Below are positions 46,501-55,345 of a stretch of 64,000 bases of DNA, piece by piece. Source of the DNA: an uncultured Mycoplasmatota bacterium (lineage in GTDB: Bacteria; Bacillota_I; Bacilli_A; RF39; UBA660); contig CANOWY010000004.1 in NCBI GenBank assembly GCA_947571135.1, positions 19,474-83,473 of the forward strand. Reading direction: 5' to 3'. The notes under the pieces were generated by a model that saw nothing but the letters and a program-made list of their open reading frames with translations, did not search any database and had not been told where the DNA came from. The position numbers were made by a program, and so were the translations under genes. Positions within the stretch are counted from its first letter, which is position 1, and each line of letters starts with the position of its first letter.

Positions 46501-47235
46501 ATGCAAATAAAAAATATGAATAAAGAAACATATCAAAAACTAATTGATTATATTTTTCAAACTTGTAATATTTTTGAATTAAAAAAATACACAACGAATC
46601 ATATACATAGAAATCTTAGAGTCATTAATGTTATCCTAAATAAAAAACCAAAAGATTTAGATATTACTTATACTAAAGAATGCCTAGATTGGTTGTATAA
46701 CAGATTTAAAGAAGATTCTGTTATCTTTAATAAAGGTTATCAAAATCACTATGAAATAAAAGATTCAACCTTAAAAGAAAAAGAATATAAAAAAAGGGTG
46801 GAGGAGAACCGAAAGACAGTAATAGAAAATAGTATTTTTAACTATATTAACGATATTGCAACTAATGATTTTTTGTTAAGGAATGCTAATCATTTAATAT
46901 ATATTAGGGAAGACATTGAAGTAATAGGTGATTATAAAAATTCTTATTATTATTTTAAAACTGATAATCAAATTAAAAAAGAAATCCAAAATATTAACTC
47001 TATATATGCTTGGCAAGCACCATATTTCCTTGAAGATATTACTTTTTACAAAAATGGAATATGTTGGCTTTGGTCAATATCACACGAAGAAAAATGTGAA
47101 ATAGTTTTTCAAAAAGAGGATAAAGAAGAGTATGAGTATTTAAAATCTATCGGAATAGAATTTTGTGAAAAAGAATTTACACCTACACCCCAAGAATATC
47201 TATATAACTTGAAAGAGTGTTTAAAAGATTTTTAA
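46501..47235 (+). CDS. Putative immunity protein
   Basis: YAWQAP..LEDITFYKNG.CWL.SISHE motif; cassette position; stop codon overlaps repeat 6. Confidence 0.55.
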   Translation: MQIKNMNKETYQKLIDYIFQTCNIFELKKYTTNHIHRNLRVINVILNKKPKDLDITYTKECLDWLYNRFKEDSVIFNKGYQNHYEIKDSTLKEKEYKKRVEENRKTVIENSIFNYINDIATNDFLLRNANHLIYIREDIEVIGDYKNSYYYFKTDNQIKKEIQNINSIYAWQAPYFLEDITFYKNGICWLWSISHEEKCEIVFQKEDKEEYEYLKSIGIEFCEKEFTPTPQEYLYNLKECLKDF

Positions 47236-47301
47236 GAAGCAAAAATAAAATGCTTCTTTTTATGTTTTATGATATACTAAAAGTGTACTTGATAAGATAA
47301 A
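47234..47301 (+). repeat. Cassette repeat copy 6
   Basis: Identical to copy 1. Confidence 0.95.
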
Positions 47302-47680
47302 CTAGGATTCAACTGGAATTATAGGTACAAGTGAAACTATACTAGGCTATAACTTATATGCTTACTGCGAGAATAATCCAGTTGCAAATATCGATGAAAC
47401 AGTTTTTTTTATTAACATTTTAAAAAGTCCTATTAAAAGATTCAAAAATACATGTGCAGGATTAGCAAGTGCTGTTGGAAAAACAAATATAGTTGTACGT
47501 TTTATTTCTATTGATGATAAATACTGGGCAGATGTTACTGTTTCAGGTACATATGTTTTTGATAAAAAAGAGGGATTTTCCATTGGAGTTGTATTAAATA
47601 ATATGGGATTATATTTTCAGAAACAAGATTTATTAGTCCCTTATAAGTGGGATGTAAATTATGCGTTATTAGTAGAATAA
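47302..47680 (+). pseudogene. Deleted paralog of the 43475..44228 RHS tip
   Basis: GIIGTSETILGYNLYAYCENNP match; frameshift in a T-run; large internal deletion; ends LVPYKWDVNYALLVE*. Confidence 0.8.
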
Positions 47681-47705
47681 TGATATATACAAAATAAATA
47701 CAAAA

Positions 47706-48185
47706 ATGAAAGAAGAAAATAATATGAGAAAATTATTGAAATATGTATTTATAATAATCTTTTTGTTTTTTATATTTTTTACATGGTACAACATAAAATT
47801 TAGTACAATAAATGTATTAAATATTAATTGCGGTTTGAGTTTGCCTAAACCAAAATCAGTAGATACTATTATTCAAGGAGTTTGGCAAGATGATACTGAT
47901 TTTGATATATTATATTATCAAAAGAAAGACGTAGATAAAATCAAAGAGCAAATAAATAATCATTCTGTGGAAGAACTTAATCAAAAGTTACTTTTTATGC
48001 TTGAAAAAAAAACTTTAGAACAAAGAGAAAAATTAGAAAAATATTTTAATTTTAATGAAGTAGATGAAGAATATTTATATTTTGCTTATTTTCAAAGAGG
48101 TCGTATGGGAAGTTTAATCATTTTTGATGAAGCAGACTTAAAATTATATCATTTAAGTGTTTGTGTAAAATGGACATTAGATTAG
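47706..48185 (+). CDS. Membrane-anchored putative immunity protein
   Basis: TWY.I..S.IN..NIN..L.LPKPKS and LIIFDE..L.LY shared with 44268. Confidence 0.65.
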   Translation: MKEENNMRKLLKYVFIIIFLFFIFFTWYNIKFSTINVLNINCGLSLPKPKSVDTIIQGVWQDDTDFDILYYQKKDVDKIKEQINNHSVEELNQKLLFMLEKKTLEQREKLEKYFNFNEVDEEYLYFAYFQRGRMGSLIIFDEADLKLYHLSVCVKWTLD

Positions 48186-48279
48186 AGAATATCAAGGAGT
48201 GTTGTAATGAAACAGCAATCCTTTTTTCTGTTACTTCAAAATTATAGATATAGTAGAAAGAAGTACATTTTGTATTTAT

Positions 48280-48460
48280 GTTGTAAACTTTAATTATGAT
48301 GAATTAGGCAGACTAAAAAATCAAAATATCAATAATCAGATTCCAATGGCAATAAAACGTCTCTTATTTTAAAAAGTATGAAATTATATTATTTACATGG
48401 ATTGCTATAGTCAGAGAATGAAATTTATTTTAGAACTAACTATACTTATGATATTTCTGA
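48280..48460 (+). pseudogene. Scraps of an RHS/YD-repeat body
   Basis: VNFNYDELGRLKNQNINNQIP, NGNKTSLILKSMK and TNYTYD fragments. Confidence 0.5.
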
Positions 48461-48489
48461 AGTGTAGTAAAAACATTAAATAGTATGAG

Positions 48490-48549
48490 AAGAATACTTA
48501 TATCACTTAGAAGAGTGTTTAAAAGATTTTGAAGAAACAAAAATAAAAT
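48490..48549 (+). repeat. 3' end of a 46501 paralog plus partial cassette repeat (copy 7)
   Basis: EYLYHLEECLKDF matches the EYLYNLKECLKDF end at 47192-47232, followed by AAGAAACAAAAATAAAAT. Confidence 0.7.
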
Positions 48550-48652
48550 ACAATATGAAAATACGCGAAAGATATATTATATGGCCTACAAACTTACAAG
48601 AACTTTATAATTATAAAATTAGTAAATAAATTTTATTTTTGCTCTCCTAAAT

Positions 48653-49725
48653 TTATTTAAAATATTTTTTAACATAATTTCCCAAAAAATAGTTGTATTT
48701 TTCTTCGTGATCTATACAATTTGATATTTGGCATTTGGTATTATTGTTTTGTAATTCACTAGATTCTATTAAAATAGTTTCTTCATATTTTTGATAAAAA
48801 ATAGTCTGGTGCAAAATATTATAAATCCATCTTTCTGTTGTTTGATTTTCTTGTTTTTCTAACAGAAATATTTGTAAATCGGCTTCATATAGTAACTTTC
48901 CGCTTGAACTTTCTAAAAAATACCTATTTTCTGTTTCTTTTAAAAATTCCTTTTGAATTTTAGAAGGAATAGGATTTTTTTCTTGTTTCGAAACGTTTAT
49001 TTTAGCACCATGTTCTTCTTTAAAGAATAAGTGCGTATTGGCATAAAGTTCTTGAACATTTAATTTTATTGTTTCAATATTTTCTCCTTTATAAATATCG
49101 AGATATAGGTTGTGAATAAAGTCATTTCGGTTTTTATAAGTAAAATATTCTTGGTAATTGTTGAATTCTGTAAGTAATATATTTTCTTCTTTTGTTTTGC
49201 ATACTATTTGCTTCTCATTGTCTTTTAAATAGTAAATTTCTATAACATCAAAGGTTTGTACAGTCTCTAACATATTTAACTTTAAGTAGGCATTTTCATT
49301 TGAAAAAATACCTAACATATTTGTAATAGAATAGTTCTCGCTTTCTCCATAAAATTTATAGACATGAAACTTATTATAAGTAGAAATAAAATAGTAAAGA
49401 AAGATAGAAAAAGAAGGAGAGTAAATACAATCATAATGATAATTCGTTTTTGCTCTTTTTCTTTTAACAAACTTATAAAAATGGTATTAATTTTGTGTCG
49501 ATTGGAAATCCCAAGTCTTTCTCCCGCAACGAGTTCATTCAAACTGATAGAAAAAATTTTACTTAAACGAATTAATGAATCATAATCTGGCATACATTGG
49601 CCCCGTTCCCATTTACTTATTGCTTGTCTCGTTACAAATAATTCTTCACTTAATTGCTCTTGTGTTAAATTGATTTTTTGTCGTTCTAAGGTAATCAATT
49701 TTCCTATTTTTTTATAATCTAGCAT
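48653..49725 (-). pseudogene. XRE-HTH/TM/extracellular-domain regulator split by a frameshift (~49400)
   Basis: ORF 49312..49725 (HTH+TM); alternate frame YFISTYNKFHVYKFYGESENYSITN runs directly into ORF 48653..49318. Confidence 0.65.
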
Positions 49726-50170
49726 AAGAAAGTACCTCTAATTCTTCTTCTAAAAATAAATCTGCAGAAACATGATATTTACGACATATATCATATAAAA
49801 ATGAGGTTTGTATGATTGTTTTTCCTTGTTCATAGGAAGAAATTACAGATTGAGTCGTATGTAACGAGAGAGCAAATTCTTTTTGGTTATAACCTATATT
49901 TTTACGAAATTCTTTCAAATGTTTTCCTAAAAAGGAAGCAGAGTATACAATATCTTCTTGTCTTTTCTTAGAATTGCTATTAAGTCCTAAACAATAATCT
50001 ACTGAATAATGTGTTTTATTTGCTAAGCATAGAAGATGTTTAAAAGGAATCAGTGTTTCTCCTGTTTCCCATCTAGCATAATTAGATTTAGAAACCCCTA
50101 GAAAGAAAGCCATCTCTCTTTGTGTAAAACTTAAAGTTTCACGAATCAAAATCAAACGTTTTTTATACAT
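49712..50170 (-). CDS. Tandem double XRE-HTH regulator
   Basis: Two HTH_3 units (TQREMA...RWETG; NQKEFA...SYEQG). Confidence 0.85.
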   Translation of the reverse strand: MYKKRLILIRETLSFTQREMAFFLGVSKSNYARWETGETLIPFKHLLCLANKTHYSVDYCLGLNSNSKKRQEDIVYSASFLGKHLKEFRKNIGYNQKEFALSLHTTQSVISSYEQGKTIIQTSFLYDICRKYHVSADLFLEEELEVLSYARL

Positions 50171-50395
50171 AAAAATACCACCTAAAAACATTTTCTCAAA
50201 GAAGATTTACGTTTTAAAAAATGTCCCATAATAACGATAAAAATGGTTTGAAAATATAGAAAAATAGTTCTAAATTACATCTTGACTTTTTCTGTTTCTT
50301 CCCATAAAATGGATAAGGTTCAAAGAAACAGTATTGATTTTTATCAGAAAAAACAATACAAAAATAAGATAGAAATTAGAAAGTAGGAGAGGAAA

Positions 50396-52402
50396 ATGAA
50401 AAATCAAGAAAACATTCTAGGAACAGAAAAGGTACGTAAACTTATCTTGCGTTTTTCTATTCCTTGTATTATCTCCATGCTTGTAAATTCACTGTACAAC
50501 ATGGTAGATCAAATATTTATTGGAAGAGGAGTGGGAATGCTTGGAAATGGAGCCACTAATGTAGTATTTCCAATATCTGTTATTGCCCTTGCATTTTCTT
50601 TAATGTTTGGAGATGGTGCCAGTGCCTATTTAAGTTTAAAGTTAGGAGAAAAGAAAAAGGAAGAAGCAGCAAAAGGCGTTTTTCATGGTCTTTTACTCTC
50701 CACTTTCTTTTCTATACTTTTTACATTAATCACCCTTATCTTTTTGCCACAACTATTAAATCTTTTTGGGTGTACTGAAGCGTTAAAAGAATATGCAACA
50801 AACTATGGGAGAATTATTGCCTTTGGTCTTCCTTTCGTTATGATAGGAACTTCTCTAAATTCCATCATTCGTTCCGATGGTAGCCCAAAATATTCTATGC
50901 TTTCTATGGTAACAGGAGCAGTATTAAACATTATTTTGGATCCAATATTTATTTTTGTTTTTCATATGGGTGTTGAAGGAGCAGCCATAGCAACAATCCT
51001 AAGCCAATTTGTTACATTTGTACTTAATATAGCGTATATAAAAAGATTTAAAACTATTTCTCTAACTAAAGAAAACATAAAATTCGATTTGAAAATAGCC
51101 AAAAAAATAATGGCACTAGGAATTAGTAGTTTTATTACACAGATGAGTATTGTAGTTGTAATCGCTTTAGAAAATAATTTACTAGGGTTTTATGGCGCAT
51201 TATCAGAGTATGGTTCTGAAATTCCGATTACTGTTTTAGGAATTGTGATGAAAATAAGTCAAATTTTATATAGCATTGTCTTAGGAATTGCAATTGGTGC
51301 TCAACCTATATTTGGGTATAATTATGGCGCCAAAAAATTAGATCGTGTAAAAGAAGCATTAAAAATTGTTCTAAGTACTAGTGTTATAATCACTATAATT
51401 TCCTTTATTTTATTTCAAACAATTCCAGATAAATTAATCCTAATTTTTGGTAGTGGAGATGCAAACTATATCTCTTTTGCTTGTTTAACATTCCGTATTT
51501 ACTTAATGCTTATCATTTGTAACGGTATCCAAATACCAGCAGGAATATTTTTTCAAGCAATTGGAAAAAGTAGTAAAAGTGCTATATTGTCTTTATCAAG
51601 ACAAATTCTATTTTTAGTCCCAGCCATGATTTTGTTAAGTAAATTCTTTGGACTTATGGGAATTTTGTATTCTGGTGCAGTAGCAGATGGACTTGCTTTT
51701 TTACTAGCAATTATCTTAATCATGTTGGAAGTAAAGTATATGAATACACAAGATACGAAAGAAAAATATAAAGAAGAGCCTAGTCGAATACAAAAAGAAA
51801 ATAAAGAAAAAATGATTATTACGATAGCAAGAGAATATGGTTCAGGTGGAAGATACGTTGGAAAATTAATTGCAGAAAAACTAGGGATTCCTTTTTATGA
51901 TAAAGAATTCATTAAAAAGGTAGCAGAAGAAACAGGACTTTCTTACGAATACATTGAAGCCTCTGAACAAAAAAGAAATAAATTAGATGCCTTTGCAAAT
52001 GGATATTATGTCGGATTAAATAACGCTGATGCACTATTCTTAAAAGAAACAGAAATTATGAAAAAGTTAGCAAAAGAAGAATCTTGCGTAATTATTGGAC
52101 GTTGTGCTGACTTTGCACTAAAAAAAGAAAAAAATATCGTAAAAATATTTATTTATAGCGATATGAAAAATAAAATCAAAAGAGCCACCAAATACTATGG
52201 TCTTTCTAAAGAAAACGCCGAAAAAGAAATCAAGAAAATCAATAAACTTCGTGCTAATCATTATAAATACTATACTGGAGAAGTTTGGAACAATTTAGAA
52301 AACTATGATATTGTGATTAATAGTGATACATTCGGTGTAGAAAAAACAGCAGAAATGATTGTAGAAATAGAAAAGAGAAAAATAAAACGTAGTACCCTAT
52401 GA
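50396..52402 (+). CDS. MATE (MepA-like) efflux transporter fused to a cytidylate-kinase-like domain
   Basis: LYNMVDQIFIG, NIILDPIFIF, GYNYGA; C-terminal ITIAREYGSGG...IGRCAD. Confidence 0.9.
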   Translation: MKNQENILGTEKVRKLILRFSIPCIISMLVNSLYNMVDQIFIGRGVGMLGNGATNVVFPISVIALAFSLMFGDGASAYLSLKLGEKKKEEAAKGVFHGLLLSTFFSILFTLITLIFLPQLLNLFGCTEALKEYATNYGRIIAFGLPFVMIGTSLNSIIRSDGSPKYSMLSMVTGAVLNIILDPIFIFVFHMGVEGAAIATILSQFVTFVLNIAYIKRFKTISLTKENIKFDLKIAKKIMALGISSFITQMSIVVVIALENNLLGFYGALSEYGSEIPITVLGIVMKISQILYSIVLGIAIGAQPIFGYNYGAKKLDRVKEALKIVLSTSVIITIISFILFQTIPDKLILIFGSGDANYISFACLTFRIYLMLIICNGIQIPAGIFFQAIGKSSKSAILSLSRQILFLVPAMILLSKFFGLMGILYSGAVADGLAFLLAIILIMLEVKYMNTQDTKEKYKEEPSRIQKENKEKMIITIAREYGSGGRYVGKLIAEKLGIPFYDKEFIKKVAEETGLSYEYIEASEQKRNKLDAFANGYYVGLNNADALFLKETEIMKKLAKEESCVIIGRCADFALKKEKNIVKIFIYSDMKNKIKRATKYYGLSKENAEKEIKKINKLRANHYKYYTGEVWNNLENYDIVINSDTFGVEKTAEMIVEIEKRKIKRSTL

Positions 52403-52517
52403 ATTTCCATTCATAGGATAGTTCAAAGAGATTTTATTTAAATCTTGGCGCAAAAAACATAAGAATTGACATTTCATGTCTTTATAATATAATAATCGTC
52501 GAAAAGAGGACAAGTTT

Positions 52518-53114
52518 ATGAAAACTAAAAGGAAATTCCAAACTCATTTAACGGCATTTGGTCTAAGTGCCACCTTAGCACTACTAAATGGTTGCGGAGA
52601 AAAAGAATTTGATAAAACGATTTCTTTAGGGAGTGATTTAGGAAATTCTGAACTATTTTATGAGGAAAATACAATAAGTGGAACGATATCGTATTCTAAT
52701 TTAGAACAGGGTTATTTAAAAATCGTAACCCTTTCTTATAAAGGAAAAGAATTAGAACCAAAACTAATGGCAATTCACCTTGATAAATATCGTCCTATGA
52801 GAGGGGGGGGAGGATACGATACTTTAAATTATATTGATCTAGATACAGGTGTAACATTACTATCTTATCTTTATCCAAATTATTATGATGAAAATGAAAC
52901 CCCAGAAATAATTGTAGGTGATAATTTCAAAATTGTGAAAGAAACAAATTTCTTTGATTTTATTGTAGAGGAAAATTGGTATCAAGAGGAATACGATGTA
53001 AATGAACTTATAGAGTTTTATAATAGTAAGACAAATGATTTCACTTTAATTCCAAAATTAAGACAAAACATTTCATTGACTTCAACAAAAAATCGTAATA
53101 AAATAAACCTATAA
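52518..53114 (+). CDS. Hypothetical lipoprotein-like protein
   Basis: LALLNGC lipobox; TTGACA/TATAAT promoter at 52467-52494. Confidence 0.65.
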   Translation: MKTKRKFQTHLTAFGLSATLALLNGCGEKEFDKTISLGSDLGNSELFYEENTISGTISYSNLEQGYLKIVTLSYKGKELEPKLMAIHLDKYRPMRGGGGYDTLNYIDLDTGVTLLSYLYPNYYDENETPEIIVGDNFKIVKETNFFDFIVEENWYQEEYDVNELIEFYNSKTNDFTLIPKLRQNISLTSTKNRNKINL

Positions 53115-53124
53115 ATAAATTTTC

Positions 53125-53325
53125 TATGAAAAAGAAAAAGTAAGAAAACAAATTCTTTCAAGAGAAGGCTAAAATGCTGGAAATGCCTAAAGAATTTCTT
53201 CTGAAATAGACAACTTTTTACACATAGAAACGCATATTTTTGCGATAAAGTTTTAAGAGTACCTAGTAAAGTAAGGTGGCACCGCGGAAATTTTTCGTCC
53301 TTACGATACTTAGGTTTTTTTATTT
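53125..53325 (+). promoter_or_regulatory. T-box riboswitch upstream of hisS (specifier possibly GAC/Asp)
   Basis: AGAGA...GCTGGAA stem I elements; AAGGTGGCACCGCGG T-box at 53273-53287; terminator with T-tail; GAC in the presumed specifier loop. Confidence 0.85.
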
Positions 53326-53343
53326 TTAAGGAGGAATTAAAAA

Positions 53344-54597
53344 ATGATAACAAAACCAAAAGGATGCTATGATGTAATAGAAAAGGACGCATTAAAACTA
53401 AAGAAAATCAATCGATATATTGATTATTACTGCGAATTTTATAACTACGATTTCATTCGTACTCCCATATTCGAATCTCGTGATTTATTCCACAGAACAG
53501 TAGGGGAATCTTCTGATATCGTAACAAAAGAAACCTATGACTTTAAAGACAGAAGTGACAGAGAACTAACCCTTAGACCAGAAGGAACAGCAGGAGTTGT
53601 CAGAAGTTTTATTGAAAACAAAATGTACGGCTCTAACATGCCTAGAAAACTTTACTACAACGGCACCATGTATCGTTACGAAAGGCCAGGGCAAGGAAGG
53701 AATAGAGAATTTACCCAATTTGGAGTAGAGATTTTAGGAAGTAATGATGTAGCAACAGATGTAGAAGTCATTTCTTTTGGCTATCGTTTATTTGAAGAAT
53801 TAGGTTTTAAAGACTTAAATGTTAAGATTAACAATCTAGGTTCTAAAGAAGATAGAGAAAACTATAAAGTGGCCTTAAAAGAATACCTAGCCCCTCATAT
53901 AAATGAATTATGTGAAGATTGTAAAAAAAGATTTGAAACCAATCCGTTACGTATCTTAGATTGCAAAGTGGATAAAGATTCTGCTATTTTAAAAAATGTA
54001 CCTAGTATTTTAGACTACCAAAGTGAGGAATCCACTAGCCGTTTTAAAAAAGTCTTAGAATATTTAAATTATTTGGATATAGATTATGAAGTAGATTCAA
54101 ATTTAGTAAGAGGATTAGACTATTATGATTATACTGTATTCGAGATTGTTTCCAGTGAAGAAATACTTGGTGGAGCAAGTACAATTGCAGCAGGGGGAAG
54201 ATACAACGATTTAGTAGAAAAATTAGGAGGCCCTTCTACCCCATGTATCGGATTTGCTTGTGGCCTTGAAAGAGTAATGCTTGCTATGGACGGATTAGAA
54301 GAAACAGAAAAACGTCCGCTAGATTGTTACATACTTTATGTAAATGAAGAAGAAAAGATAAAGGCCATAACCCTTGCGCAAGATTTAAGATTGAGTGGAG
54401 TAAGTGTGGATTACGATACAACTGGAAGGAGTCTAAAAAGCCAATTTAAAGAAGCCGATAGAAATCACGCTGAATTATTAATACTACTTAATAGCGAAGA
54501 CTTAAAGATGGGATTAATTACAGTAAAAGATAATATTACCAAAGAAGAAACAAAAGTAGATGAGAATGAAATCATTGATTACATTGTTTCAAGATAG
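53344..54597 (+). CDS. hisS: Histidine--tRNA ligase
   Basis: LRPEGTAG, YRYERP..GR.REFTQ, LVRGLDYY, GGRY. Confidence 0.98.
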   Translation: MITKPKGCYDVIEKDALKLKKINRYIDYYCEFYNYDFIRTPIFESRDLFHRTVGESSDIVTKETYDFKDRSDRELTLRPEGTAGVVRSFIENKMYGSNMPRKLYYNGTMYRYERPGQGRNREFTQFGVEILGSNDVATDVEVISFGYRLFEELGFKDLNVKINNLGSKEDRENYKVALKEYLAPHINELCEDCKKRFETNPLRILDCKVDKDSAILKNVPSILDYQSEESTSRFKKVLEYLNYLDIDYEVDSNLVRGLDYYDYTVFEIVSSEEILGGASTIAAGGRYNDLVEKLGGPSTPCIGFACGLERVMLAMDGLEETEKRPLDCYILYVNEEEKIKAITLAQDLRLSGVSVDYDTTGRSLKSQFKEADRNHAELLILLNSEDLKMGLITVKDNITKEETKVDENEIIDYIVSR

Positions 54598-55335
54598 GAA
54601 GAAAAGCACATGAAAAATAAATTTGAATTAACAAAAGAGCAAAATGTTTTCATTGCTAAAAGAAATATAGTAGATTATATATGGAAAAGTGCTAATTTAG
54701 AGGGAATTGGAGTAACTTATCCCGAAACACAAACAATATATGATGGTGGAGTTGTAAATGGTCTTACAGTGGACAAAATCATTGCAATTAATAATTTAAA
54801 ATATGCTTGGCAATTTATTTTGGAAACTAAAGATTTTGAATACAACTTTAATGCTTTGTGTCATATTCATAAATTGGTAGCAGATAAATTGGTATTAGAA
54901 CAAGAACTTGGAAGAATTAGATCTACACCTGTCAATATTGGTGGAACGAAATGGAAACCGCTTTTTCCTATTGAAAGTCAAATAAAAGAAGAATTAGAAG
55001 AGTTGCTAAATCAAACCGAAAAAACAAAAACGGAAATAGCGATTGAAATCATGTTATCAGTTATGAGAAGACAAATGTTTATTGATGGAAATAAAAGAGT
55101 TGCTATGTTATTTGCTAATAAAATAATGATAGATAACGGTTGTGGAATCATCACTATCGCCCAAGAAAATCAAGAAACTTTTTATGAGAAACTTATTAAG
55201 TATTATGAAGATGGGGATGGGAATGATTTAAAGCAGTGGATTTATGAAAATTGTATTGATGGTATTGATTTAAATAATAAAGACAAAGAATACTGAAATA
55301 AATGAAATTATGGATTATATTATATCAAGATAGGA
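54565..55335 (+). repeat. 35-bp imperfect direct repeat (hisS 3' end) flanking the fic gene
   Basis: 54565-54599 vs 55301-55335, 30/35 identical. Confidence 0.75.
54610..55296 (+). CDS. Fic/Doc family protein with non-canonical QMFIDGNKR motif
   Basis: SANLEG; RQMFIDGNKRVA. Confidence 0.88.
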   Translation: MKNKFELTKEQNVFIAKRNIVDYIWKSANLEGIGVTYPETQTIYDGGVVNGLTVDKIIAINNLKYAWQFILETKDFEYNFNALCHIHKLVADKLVLEQELGRIRSTPVNIGGTKWKPLFPIESQIKEELEELLNQTEKTKTEIAIEIMLSVMRRQMFIDGNKRVAMLFANKIMIDNGCGIITIAQENQETFYEKLIKYYEDGDGNDLKQWIYENCIDGIDLNNKDKEY

Positions 55336-55345
55336 GAGGAAAAAT

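Larger units (their letters stand above)
40388..48549 (+). other. Repeat-punctuated array of orphan RHS toxin-tip/immunity cassettes
   Basis: Six full ~68-bp repeats plus one partial; RHS core fragments (NPYRYRSYYYD.ETGLYYLNSRYYNP.WGRF.NAD) follow the repeats. Confidence 0.85.

Noticed and set aside
41188-47301. CRISPR array interpretation of the 68-bp repeats
   Set aside because: Spacers are 1.0-1.4 kb and contain genes, the repeats are too long, and there are no cas genes in the window
41188-47301. Classical integron attC or Xer dif/pdif sites
   Set aside because: No RYYYAAC...GTTRRRY boundaries and no intI. TTATGTTTTAT resembles a XerD arm, but there is no XerC arm at 6-bp spacing; likely AT-rich coincidence
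50396-52402. MATE-cytidylate-kinase-like fusion as a novelty
   Set aside because: To my knowledge this architecture is already common in gut Bacillota
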